Notes: generated from the letters alone by a model not told the origin. Counted from the stretch's first letter, positions 1 through 7,021 are shown. The stretch: DNA of 10,296 nucleotides from a virus (IMGVR_UViG_2548876863_000020:1-10296), one strand, 5' to 3'. Numbers and translations are program-made.

Positions 1-201
1 TTACCCATTGGCGCGGCTTAAGAGCTTATTTTTGAATTCACAATGGTCACGATATAACCATCTTGCTCGCCCGTGGATAACTTTGGCTTTAGGCAGGTCT
101 CCGGACTTAATCCGGTCATAGATGAAGGTTTTACCGAAGCCAGTATCAGCCATGATGAATTTCAAATCAACCAGTGAATCAGGCTGTAGTTCGTGTTGCA
201 T
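1..201 (-). CDS. Excisionase-like / AlpA-family small DNA-binding protein (66 aa)
   Basis: Complete ORF, ATG at 201..199 with GGAGA 8 nt upstream, stop at window base 1. Motif IMADTGFGKTFIYDRIKSGDLPKAKVIHGRARW matches the winged-helix AlpA/Xis pattern (TG..K.TIY..I..G.FP..K.G.R..W). Sits at the distal end of the leftward operon where lambdoid phages carry xis next to int. Confidence 0.6.
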   Translation of the reverse strand: MQHELQPDSLVDLKFIMADTGFGKTFIYDRIKSGDLPKAKVIHGRARWLYRDHCEFKNKLLSRANG

Positions 202-242
202 GAGTGCTATCTCCGAATAGGGAATCGAACCTGCAAATCAGG

Positions 243-266
243 CAATAAAAAACCGCATTGATGCGG
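243..266 (-). terminator. Putative intrinsic terminator (minus strand)
   Basis: Minus-strand RNA CCGCA-UCAA-UGCGG followed by UUUUUUAUUG; 5-bp GC-rich stem plus U6 tract, between the 114-aa gene and xis. Confidence 0.4.
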
Positions 267-323
267 CGATGGTAGGTCTGGATATCTTGATAAATGAAAA
301 TGCCTCATCGAGTGTGAGGCGGG

Positions 324-668
324 TTAGTCCTTGCGTAGCTCGCTGATTCTTCTGTAAGTCTCTGGTGCTTTGTTCCCGTACGTCTTCATTTCAGACTTCA
401 ACAGAGCAACGAGTGAATCCCATTCGTTGAGGATTCCTTTGAATGCCGGAACGCGCTTTGCAACCTTGTCGAATGAATCTCTGATTTCTGGAATCTGCTC
501 AACAAGTGCAACGCATCGTCGGAAATCTGCTGCGTCATGTGGAGCGCCGAAGTGATGACCATAGATATTCTTTTTCAGTCCACATGCGATTGAGGCAATA
601 GTTGCGCTACTGATGCCGACATCGCCAGTCGATTGCCATTTCAAAACCTTCATAGCCAAATCTGACAT
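324..668 (-). CDS. Hypothetical protein (114 aa)
   Basis: ORF-track frame 324..695; start refined to ATG 668..666 (MSDLAMKVLKW...) because GGAG lies 8 nt upstream and the upstream extension would run through a terminator hairpin. No family recognised. Confidence 0.6.
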   Translation of the reverse strand: MSDLAMKVLKWQSTGDVGISSATIASIACGLKKNIYGHHFGAPHDAADFRRCVALVEQIPEIRDSFDKVAKRVPAFKGILNEWDSLVALLKSEMKTYGNKAPETYRRISELRKD

Positions 669-675
669 TTCTTGT

Positions 676-702
676 CTCCAATAAAAAACCGCCATCAGGC
701 GG
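676..702 (-). terminator. Putative intrinsic terminator (minus strand)
   Basis: Minus-strand RNA CCGCC-UGAU-GGCGG followed by UUUUUUAUUGG. The stop codon TGA of the 55-aa ORF lies in the loop. Confidence 0.5.
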
Positions 703-862
703 CTTGGTGTTCTTTCAGTTCTTCAATTCGAATATTGGTTACGTCTGCATGTGCTATCTGCGCCCATATCATCCAGTGGTTATAACAGTCGTTGATGTTC
801 TCTGCTTCGATAACCCTGTTGAATGGTTCTCCATTCCATTCACCTGTGACTCGGAAGTGCAT
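695..862 (-). CDS. Small hypothetical protein (55 aa), below the ORF-track size cutoff
   Basis: ATG 862..860 with GGAG 7 nt upstream; translates MHFRVTGEWNGEPFNRVIEAENINDCYNHWMIWAQIAHADVTNIRIEELKEHQAA; stop 697..695 inside the terminator hairpin. Confidence 0.4.
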   Translation of the reverse strand: MHFRVTGEWNGEPFNRVIEAENINDCYNHWMIWAQIAHADVTNIRIEELKEHQAA

Positions 863-870
863 TTATCATC

Positions 871-900
871 TCCATAAAACAAAACTCGCCGTAGCGAGTT
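871..900 (-). terminator. Putative intrinsic terminator (minus strand)
   Basis: Minus-strand RNA AACUCGC-UACG-GCGAGUU (7-bp stem) followed by UUGUUUUAUGG, about 43 nt downstream of the 63-aa ORF. Confidence 0.5.
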
Positions 901-942
901 CAGATAAAAGAAATCCATCAATTGGTTAGGGTTTTTGTAATT

Positions 943-1134
943 CTACGAATTATGTTGTTTTTTAGCTTCAGCTTTCCATTCATCAAAGGCAGTGTCTTTG
1001 TTCATGGTGCTGATATTGATCTTACGGTCAATATCATATACACGCCACTCACCGTTAGGCCTCTCTTCGCATCTAACTAAGTATGAATTGCCATTAATAT
1101 CTATGCGTCTGTCTATTTGCATGAACATTTTCAA
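943..1134 (-). CDS. Small hypothetical protein (about 61-63 aa)
   Basis: ORF-track frame. Start ambiguous: TTG 1134 has AGAGGA 8 nt upstream; in-frame ATGs at 1128 and 1122. No family recognised. Confidence 0.5.
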   Translation of the reverse strand: MKMFMQIDRRIDINGNSYLVRCEERPNGEWRVYDIDRKINISTMNKDTAFDEWKAEAKKQHNS

Positions 1135-1245
1135 TTTTCGAATCCTCTTTAATATGCATTTTTTGCTATTTCAGTAGTTTACTATTGATGAGGCGTTATT
1201 ATACACACTTCATTAATGCAAGCATCTTTATGCTATGCTACTAAT

Positions 1246-1527
1246 TTAGCAATTGATATTCACCTTTATCGCGTATACCTTTACCGGCTTATCACCGAAG
1301 TGGGGGTGTGTGATTGTTTTCACTTCATATCCTCCATACGGAACATCAATTCTGCGACTGGAGTCGTCGCGCTTCGGATATCCCTTTGTGATAATCAGGC
1401 GGTCATACTCCCGGAACATAATTCGCTTATTCCAATAGTCATTACACAGGCGATACTCTTCCGTTTTCTCTCCTCGAATCATGGCATCGAAGTATTCACC
1501 TTTGACGGCAAGTTGTAGGTTAGCCAC
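1246..1527 (-). CDS. ASCH/DUF3850-like (PUA-fold) protein, tentative (93 aa)
   Basis: GTG start 1527..1525 with AGGAGG 6 nt upstream; overlaps the upstream gene stop by 8 nt. N-terminal pattern L.L.VKGEYFDAMIRGEKTEEYR resembles ASCH/DUF3850 as recalled; not verified by search. Confidence 0.4.
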   Translation of the reverse strand: MANLQLAVKGEYFDAMIRGEKTEEYRLCNDYWNKRIMFREYDRLIITKGYPKRDDSSRRIDVPYGGYEVKTITHPHFGDKPVKVYAIKVNINC

Positions 1528-1822
1528 GGTTAACCTCCTGCGGAGTAGCCTTTACAAGCACTGGTGCAAATCCATCTTCATTAAGGTTATGAATATAGAC
1601 TTCTGTTCTCCTGCGCTCTTCAACGTTTAATATTGTTTCTGGATCATAAACCCATACTTTCATTCGACTATTCCATGAAGAAATCGCTTCAGATCTAGTT
1701 CGTTTTTCTGGTCCTTGGGCACCACATTTGCATGACACATAGCGCATTTTCCCTCTGATACTGAATGAGTATCCGATGTTAAGCACAGTGGAACCACAGA
1801 ATGGGCAGCGATATAGATTCAT
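1520..1822 (-). CDS. Zinc-ribbon protein, Lar-like restriction-alleviation family candidate (100 aa)
   Basis: ATG 1822..1820 with AGGTGG upstream and ATGA overlap with the upstream gene. N-terminal CPFCG...CKCG four-cysteine ribbon is the motif I associate with the Lar family; the C-terminal 50 aa is an unrecognised extension. Confidence 0.45.
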   Translation of the reverse strand: MNLYRCPFCGSTVLNIGYSFSIRGKMRYVSCKCGAQGPEKRTRSEAISSWNSRMKVWVYDPETILNVEERRRTEVYIHNLNEDGFAPVLVKATPQEVNRG

Positions 1823-2520
1823 AAATCATCCACCTTAGGCGCAGCTGAGACAGCAACATTCCAGAACTCAGAAAACATATTGTATGCACCAGATAGATTG
1901 GAAGTGGCATACCCTCCAAGCTCACTTCTAATCTGAACGGCTCTCATCATTTCCGGTGTTAACTCCTTCGGCACCATAACCCAACCATCCGGAGTTACCG
2001 GAGAGTTGCCATCCAGCGCGTTCAACTTGTAAGCCTGGCTTACAGGTTCGGCTTCCAGTTCTGCTATGCGCTTCTCTGATGCTTCAAGTAACGCCTGCTT
2101 ATCGCGTAGCGCTTCTTCCAGTTCAGCAACATGGCACTCACTATCAATAAGGTTGTTCTCTGCGGCTTCCAGCTCAACACGCAGCTTCCCTACCGTTAGC
2201 GCAATATCCTCGTTCTCCTGATCACGGTTTTTGATGTATTGCTGGTTTCTTTCCCGTTCATCCAGCAGTGCCAGCACGGTAGCCGGATTGGCTGCAGCGA
2301 TGAATTCAGCATTGGCCTGCTGTTCCATTTGGAAATCTTCATCGAAACCGCTTTCAGGATGCGCTCCTTCAATTCTGCAAATAGGAATATATCCAGCAAC
2401 TTCACGATGAATTAGCGCATCATCACCATCAAATCGGCTTTCTCCATATTCGAGCGACCACTCACCACACGTTGCTTTTTCTGCCGCTTCACGCAGTGCC
2501 TGATAGTTAATTTTGGTCAT
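1819..2520 (-). CDS. Ead/Ea22-like family protein (233 aa), tentative
   Basis: ATG 2520..2518 with GGGTGA upstream. N-terminal INYQALREAAEKAT and internal LLDERERNQQYIKNRDQENEDIALTVGKLRVELE coiled coil resemble lambda Ea22-like proteins as recalled. Confidence 0.5.
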   Translation of the reverse strand: MTKINYQALREAAEKATCGEWSLEYGESRFDGDDALIHREVAGYIPICRIEGAHPESGFDEDFQMEQQANAEFIAAANPATVLALLDERERNQQYIKNRDQENEDIALTVGKLRVELEAAENNLIDSECHVAELEEALRDKQALLEASEKRIAELEAEPVSQAYKLNALDGNSPVTPDGWVMVPKELTPEMMRAVQIRSELGGYATSNLSGAYNMFSEFWNVAVSAAPKVDDL

Positions 2521-2521
2521 A

Positions 2522-2821
2522 TCACATCACCCTGAAGCCGTTGCATTTACGTAAGAAATCGCAGATATAGCCCTTCATTTTTTCATGCCAATCTCGATCA
2601 TTCCCATTGCACCAACCATCAGGTGGAGTCCAGTTTTCTATCAGAGCAGCCATTTTCTTTGCTTTCGCCGGAGTAGCTGTTGCGGTATCGCAGTAATGAC
2701 GAGTGTCAACCAACGCATCCATACCATCGATATCAAGTACGCAAAACCATGTGTGATTCGGCATTTCAACAGATGGTATTTGTTGCCCACGTCGACGTTT
2801 ATCAATAAGACATACAGTCAC
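2522..2821 (-). CDS. Hypothetical Cys/His-rich protein (99 aa)
   Basis: ORF-track frame 2522..2854; start refined to GTG 2821..2819 because AAAGGAGG lies 6 nt upstream and it forms a GTGA overlap with the stop of the 210-aa gene. Confidence 0.55.
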   Translation of the reverse strand: MTVCLIDKRRRGQQIPSVEMPNHTWFCVLDIDGMDALVDTRHYCDTATATPAKAKKMAALIENWTPPDGWCNGNDRDWHEKMKGYICDFLRKCNGFRVM

Positions 2822-3450
2822 TGGTTGCCTCCTTTGCGAAGCTGTTCCGCCCATTCTTCAAGGGATTTCTCCGCATATTCACCAGACAGGCCATCAATCG
2901 GACGCGGTTCATTAGCCAACTCTTCTTTTGCTGACAAAATCATGCGTGTAACGTCGAAAACTTCACGCAAAGACTTATTGATAAATCCGTGATTGAACGC
3001 AGCAGCAAGACGGCTGGCGGCATAGTTAATCCCCTCGTTGCGTGCTTCCGCACGTACTTCAGCAAGGAAAGCGTCGGTGGCTGGGGTATTTTCCATTAGT
3101 TTTTTTGACGTTGACCAAAGCGCGGAAAGCCACTCTTTATCAAACCATTTATCCTTATGGTGAAACATTTCATCAACTGTCTGGTGGCAGCGGGATACCT
3201 CAAAAAGGCACCGCGCATTCTCCGCCGCCAGCGCTGAAAACTTCTCGTGTGCCAACTTAACAGCCGAATCAGCCTGCTTAATTGACTCAATCGCTCTCTG
3301 TTGGTCTTCGGACAGAGCCGAAATCTTGGCCTCCGCTTCAGCAAATTTACGCACCAGATATTCAGCGTTTGTTTCGTTAACCTTTAAATCTCGTGGAATG
3401 CATTTACCTTTCAGAAAACCATCCATCTCAATTAGTGTCATTTGTTTCAT
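2818..3450 (-). CDS. Hypothetical protein (about 210 aa), predicted helical/coiled-coil
   Basis: ORF-track frame 2818..3468 (GTG); ATG 3450..3448 preferred, with GGAG about 10 nt upstream. No family recognised. Confidence 0.6.
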   Translation of the reverse strand: MKQMTLIEMDGFLKGKCIPRDLKVNETNAEYLVRKFAEAEAKISALSEDQQRAIESIKQADSAVKLAHEKFSALAAENARCLFEVSRCHQTVDEMFHHKDKWFDKEWLSALWSTSKKLMENTPATDAFLAEVRAEARNEGINYAASRLAAAFNHGFINKSLREVFDVTRMILSAKEELANEPRPIDGLSGEYAEKSLEEWAEQLRKGGNQ

Positions 3451-3607
3451 TTTTTTCCACTCCGCCACATCGCATTCAGATATTTGTTGTCATTAACAGA
3501 ACCGAAACTCTTTCTCTTAAGCAATTCCTCTCTCGATGGCATTGGTTTTACGCGTTGGCGAATAATCATTTCTGCCGGAAGAATGCCGGGATTGTATGCA
3601 AGTCCTC

Positions 3608-3889
3608 TCATGATTTACTCTCCATGAACTGGTCAACAGCCATGCTAAGTGATACACCTAACGTCTCGATATGCTGCTGAATATCCTGTAGCGTCTGCGC
3701 CTGAGATAACAGGATTTCACGGTTGCATAACTCTTTAACCAGATGCTCAAACTTGCTGTAATAACCGATACGACTGAGCGTTTCTTTCCCTGCATTCTCG
3801 CCTTCTTTGATAATTCCTCTTTCGCTAAGAATCAGGTCGTGTTTGGTTCCGGTAATAACGTATTTTCCGAGGTCGATGTTTAGCTTCAT
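3608..3889 (-). CDS. Hypothetical protein (93 aa)
   Basis: ORF-track frame, ATG 3889..3887, same strand and tight spacing with neighbours; weak RBS. No family recognised. Confidence 0.55.
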   Translation of the reverse strand: MKLNIDLGKYVITGTKHDLILSERGIIKEGENAGKETLSRIGYYSKFEHLVKELCNREILLSQAQTLQDIQQHIETLGVSLSMAVDQFMESKS

Positions 3890-3905
3890 TGTTAATTATT
3901 CCATG

Positions 3906-4220
3906 TTAATTTATTCGTATGCCTGCTCTTTCTTCATCGAGTTTTTTTAGCTTGTATCGCATAGCCCTTACTGAATAAATTGAGCGGCAGGTTGCAATTG
4001 CTATTTCTTCTGCGGAGAACTTACCGAAAAGTGATACTTCGGCTCTTGTCCAGCGTCTTCCACGAAGTCGGCTAACAATGTCAGCTCCAATCCTTGTTGC
4101 TTTCGCCATTACTGCTTTTTCAGTCCTTTCCAGTTTTTCAGCGATAACTTCAACTGGCATTGTTGCCGCTACTTCGCACAAGAAATCGACTTCCCATTTC
4201 TCCCATGGAGTCTTTTTCAT
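3906..4220 (-). CDS. Hypothetical protein (104 aa) with an internal tandem repeat, possible DNA-binding
   Basis: Two roughly 40-aa halves share a W..EV..F...S/P.EEIA...R pattern (PWEKWEVDFLCEV...VEVIAEKLERTEKAV versus RRWTRAEVSLFGKFSAEEIAIATCRSIYSV). Confidence 0.55.
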   Translation of the reverse strand: MKKTPWEKWEVDFLCEVAATMPVEVIAEKLERTEKAVMAKATRIGADIVSRLRGRRWTRAEVSLFGKFSAEEIAIATCRSIYSVRAMRYKLKKLDEERAGIRIN

Positions 4221-4231
4221 AGTCGATACCG

Positions 4232-4720
4232 TTATTTGATAAGAAGTGAAGGTTTCCCAACTTTGAGTTGAGCGCCGGGGATATTTATTCCTGCTTTTAG
4301 TTGGTGTTTGATTGCCAGTTTGTCGGCTTTAATTGTCGTTTCAAACTCAACGTATTCAGGAGGAAGGGCGCTTGAGTCGATGATTTCTACAGTTTCTGAC
4401 GGTTTGCGGATTGTTACTTGGTGAATACCTGCTCGAATCTTTTTCTTGCCAACCATTTCAAGCGATGACGCTATATACGCCATAATGCTGTCAATCTTAT
4501 TTTGAATTACTGCGGCTCGTTCATTCAGTGACTTTGCCTCGTCCTTGAGGCGTTCAGCATAACCAGATTCATTTTTAATAATGGCGAGAAGTTGCTCTAT
4601 TTTATCGGTAAATTCTCCTTCCATTCCTTCTATTGTGTCAGCAATCATCTCTGGCTCTAAATCTGAATCCATCAATTTTGCGTATTCATTGGCTATTTCA
4701 TATAGTTTGCTCACTGGCAA
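4232..4720 (-). CDS. Coiled-coil recombination-associated protein, possibly Sipho_Gp157-like (162 aa)
   Basis: ATG 4720..4718 with GGAGG 6 nt upstream; overlaps the recT 3' end by 23 nt. Size, predicted coiled coil and position next to recT fit Gp157-family proteins; assignment is from memory only. Confidence 0.4.
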   Translation of the reverse strand: MPVSKLYEIANEYAKLMDSDLEPEMIADTIEGMEGEFTDKIEQLLAIIKNESGYAERLKDEAKSLNERAAVIQNKIDSIMAYIASSLEMVGKKKIRAGIHQVTIRKPSETVEIIDSSALPPEYVEFETTIKADKLAIKHQLKAGINIPGAQLKVGKPSLLIK

Positions 4721-5600
4721 CCTCCAGTTTCGCTTTGCATTCTATGTAAATGGCTTGTACGTTCTGCTGCAATTTCATTCCAGATGTCAGGCGATATGCT
4801 TCTGCAAAATATCGCTTCAAATCATCCATGTTTTCTGCCTGAGCCATTTCATCACAAAGAAGTTGTGCTTTTTCCATTATTTCCTGCTGGCGTTTCCGTT
4901 CATCTTCGCGGATATCTTCCTCTGATTTGTGCGGCATAACTGGTTCCTGATGCATACCTTCATCTTCGTTAAGCAGGTGAATGGCATTATCCAGTCGCTG
5001 GGCTTTAGGCCAGTATTTGCTGGCGCGTTTAACTATGGTTTTACGCGCCATCTCTTCCCAGAATGTCTTCCACGGTCCATTCTTTGCCTTGCTCGTTGCT
5101 TCCACAGCTTTAATTTCTGCCAGACTCATTTCTTCAGTCAGGTAGTCACCATCTGCTGTTTTAACCGTGCAATAACCTCCAACAATAGAGCCTCGCTCAC
5201 CAAATGCGTTGTATTTGTGGGTTGGTGCTGAATCAAGGCCATTTGATTCATAGGTGTCGTTTGAGTACACCAGTTTGCATTGCCCCCACTTAATTGATCC
5301 TGTCGATTGCGCAAGATGAAGTAATCCCATGTAACTGATATCAAGGCACACCATGCCGTCGCGAGGAACCAGATAAGCAAGTTTGCTGGCCGGGTTTAAG
5401 GTGATGCCGATCGCCGCAACATTGATGATGGCGTTCTGTGCGCTGGTTGGATTTGCCAGTGCTGTTTTAGCCAGGTAATCGTTTTTCTGGAAATACTGAA
5501 TTGCAAACTGGCTTTCCTTAGCCCATGTCACCGTCTGTTCAGTCAATGCTCCGCAGAATAACTGCTCTTGCTGTTTAACGAATTCAACGATATTGCTCAT
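4698..5600 (-). CDS. recT: RecT-family single-strand annealing recombinase (300 aa)
   Basis: ATG 5600..5598 with GGAGA 6 nt upstream. Conserved segment NGPWKTFWEEMARKTIVKRASKYWP matches the RecT signature (compare Rac RecT NGPWVTHWEEMAKKTAIRRLFKYLP, recalled). Confidence 0.85.
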   Translation of the reverse strand: MSNIVEFVKQQEQLFCGALTEQTVTWAKESQFAIQYFQKNDYLAKTALANPTSAQNAIINVAAIGITLNPASKLAYLVPRDGMVCLDISYMGLLHLAQSTGSIKWGQCKLVYSNDTYESNGLDSAPTHKYNAFGERGSIVGGYCTVKTADGDYLTEEMSLAEIKAVEATSKAKNGPWKTFWEEMARKTIVKRASKYWPKAQRLDNAIHLLNEDEGMHQEPVMPHKSEEDIREDERKRQQEIMEKAQLLCDEMAQAENMDDLKRYFAEAYRLTSGMKLQQNVQAIYIECKAKLEVASEQTI

Positions 5601-5908
5601 GCAGCTTCTCCATAAATATGTCTGCGTTTGAATATTGCGAAGGCATATTCAGCCTTAACTCTTTCGGTTATTGCATCCCAGAACCATTCAGCGGCTTTTT
5701 CCTGATAGTTACAGTCATCATCTTCCAGCCAGTCGATAGCGTCCTTAGTGTGTTCATCTGGTTTATATGAGCGAAGCATTTCGCTTATTGGGTCGCAACG
5801 TTTGCAGAGGCGATCAACTTCACTGTTGATTCGCTCGTAATCTTCATCAGTAAAACTTGCGATTATTTGCGATATTTCACGCTTATCATTCAGAGTCAGA
5901 ATCATCAT
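5597..5908 (-). CDS. Hypothetical acidic protein (103 aa), immediately upstream of and coupled to recT
   Basis: ATG 5908..5906 with AGGAG upstream; ATGA overlap with the recT start. Occupies the slot that Gam/Abc-type RecBCD inhibitors take in lambda/P22; function inferred from position only. Confidence 0.6.
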   Translation of the reverse strand: MMILTLNDKREISQIIASFTDEDYERINSEVDRLCKRCDPISEMLRSYKPDEHTKDAIDWLEDDDCNYQEKAAEWFWDAITERVKAEYAFAIFKRRHIYGEAA

Positions 5909-5989
5909 CTTTCTCCTGTTCTTTGTGCTGATTGAGCATTTTGTTCATCTGACGAATGAATTCTTCGTCTGACCAGTTATCCGTAAAAC

Positions 5990-6160
5990 TCATGGACGGC
6001 CTTGTTGTTTCAAAATATCCCAAAGCTTTTCGAGCAAACTTTTCATTCTTGGTTGTTTAAAGTCTGCTCCGGTTAAAATATTTTTTCGTGAATGCTGTAC
6101 CGATAAAATCGGGTTGAAAGGGCGAACCGATGCCGCCCCTGCAATAGCGAACTGTTGCAT
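5990..6160 (-). CDS. cIII: cIII-like protein (56 aa)
   Basis: Internal ATG 6160..6158 of the 5990..6265 frame, with AAGGAG 7 nt upstream. MQQFAIAG... start and ...SLLEKLWDILKQQGRP end resemble lambda CIII (MQYAIAG...SLLERI...RLIDILNQPGVP, recalled). The 35 codons upstream in the track ORF lack an RBS and overlap a terminator. Confidence 0.5.
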   Translation of the reverse strand: MQQFAIAGAASVRPFNPILSVQHSRKNILTGADFKQPRMKSLLEKLWDILKQQGRP

Positions 6161-6220
6161 AGGATGCTCCTTCTGTTTGATTGCATAACGAAAACGCCTC
6201 GAGTGAAGCGTTATTGGTAT

Positions 6221-6250
6221 GCATATAAAAAGGCCCTCACACTGGAGGGC
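6221..6250 (-). terminator. Putative intrinsic terminator (minus strand) upstream of cIII
   Basis: Minus-strand RNA GCCCUC-CAGUGU-GAGGGC followed by CUUUUUAUAU. Confidence 0.5.
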
Positions 6251-6384
6251 AAAGAAGATTTCCAATAATCAGAACAAGTCGGCTCCTGTTTAGTTACGAG
6301 CGACATTGCTCCGTGTATTCACTCGTTGGAATGAATACACAGTGCAGTGTTTATTCTGTTGTTTATGCCAAAAATAAAGGCCGA

Positions 6385-7008
6385 CTATGCGGCTTCGGAA
6401 GGAAGTCCAATCATCTTATTCAAATCTTCTACCCGTAAAGCAGGAAGTGCTGTACTTGCTTTATCTGCTTCTTTTGGTAGCAATTCTTTGCTTTCAGGCC
6501 AAACTTCAATAAGTCGCTTAACTGTTGTGACTGAGTTCAAAGCAGCCCATACATTTGATTCGATATCCTTTTTCAAGGCTTCAAGGTTTTGTTGCAATGC
6601 GCAGATTTCATCAAACCTTTTTGTTATTTCGTGTTCTGCGTCAAACATGCATTTATCTTTAGTCGGAGTAGGGAGCAATATATCTTCTCCGTTGCCGTCT
6701 TTCCCATATGAATGCCATCCAACCCTTCTGCCAGATACAGTCAGATAAATCGAAGTAGAACGAACATCGCATGAGTAAAATGAACATCCCAGCTTTTCAA
6801 GTTCTTCACTTATAGCTACTAACTTGGATGATAACTGATCCACTTCCTCAGTTTTATTTTTACCGCCAAACGCAATAACTCTGGCGTCAAGTGCAAGCTG
6901 GTTCTTTAACTTTGTTACTTCTTCAAGTTCAGTGAAAACCCCAGACTTAATTAAAGCGTTACGAGCGATTTTCTCTTTCATTCTCGTAGTTAAGCGGATT
7001 GATGACAT
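6385..7008 (-). CDS. Hypothetical protein (207 aa)
   Basis: ORF-track frame 6385..7023 (TTG); ATG 7008..7006 preferred, with GAGAGGT upstream. Lies between ral-like and cIII-like. No family recognised. Confidence 0.65.
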   Translation of the reverse strand: MSSIRLTTRMKEKIARNALIKSGVFTELEEVTKLKNQLALDARVIAFGGKNKTEEVDQLSSKLVAISEELEKLGCSFYSCDVRSTSIYLTVSGRRVGWHSYGKDGNGEDILLPTPTKDKCMFDAEHEITKRFDEICALQQNLEALKKDIESNVWAALNSVTTVKRLIEVWPESKELLPKEADKASTALPALRVEDLNKMIGLPSEAA

Positions 7009-7021
7009 ATTAATACCTCTC

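Noticed and set aside
370-555. Plus-strand 61-aa ORF
   Set aside because: Lies entirely antisense within the 114-aa minus-strand gene, with no RBS and low-complexity translation; likely a shadow ORF.
992-1177. Plus-strand 61-aa ORF
   Set aside because: Antisense to the 63-aa minus-strand gene; hydrophobic low-complexity translation typical of AT-rich antisense frames.
1216-1518. Plus-strand 100-aa and 61-aa (1253..1438) ORFs
   Set aside because: Antisense to the ASCH-like gene, which has a strong RBS and coupling to its neighbour; these plus-strand frames do not.
2196-2405. Minus-strand 69-aa ORF in an alternative frame
   Set aside because: Fully nested inside the Ea22-like gene in a different frame.
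2585-2992. Plus-strand 135-aa ORF
   Set aside because: Antisense across the 99-aa/210-aa gene junction; no RBS; Ser/Cys-rich junk-like translation.
3042-3344. Plus-strand 72-aa ORF and minus-strand 82-aa alternative-frame ORF (3096..3344)
   Set aside because: Both nested in the 210-aa gene; the 82-aa frame is Arg-rich, as expected from an out-of-frame reading.
3393-3680. Plus-strand 95-aa and 61-aa (3442..3627) ORFs
   Set aside because: Span an intergenic region and gene ends on the opposite strand of a uniformly minus-strand operon; no RBS.
4581-5231. Plus-strand ORFs 4581..4925 and 4929..5231
   Set aside because: Antisense to the recT/Gp157-like region; hydrophobic, Phe/Cys-rich translations.
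5138-5380. Minus-strand 80-aa alternative-frame ORF
   Set aside because: Nested within recT in another frame.
6161-6265. N-terminal 35-codon extension of the cIII-like ORF in the track
   Set aside because: The extension has no RBS, translates to a hydrophobic junk-like peptide and runs through the terminator hairpin at 6233-6250; the internal ATG at 6160 has a strong AAGGAG RBS.
6221-6306. Possible 31-aa minus-strand ORF between the 207-aa gene and cIII
   Set aside because: It would contain the terminator hairpin, and its only SD (GGAG) is 2-3 nt from the ATG.
6347-6748. Plus-strand 133-aa ORF
   Set aside because: Antisense to the 207-aa gene and beginning in the terminator region; no RBS.
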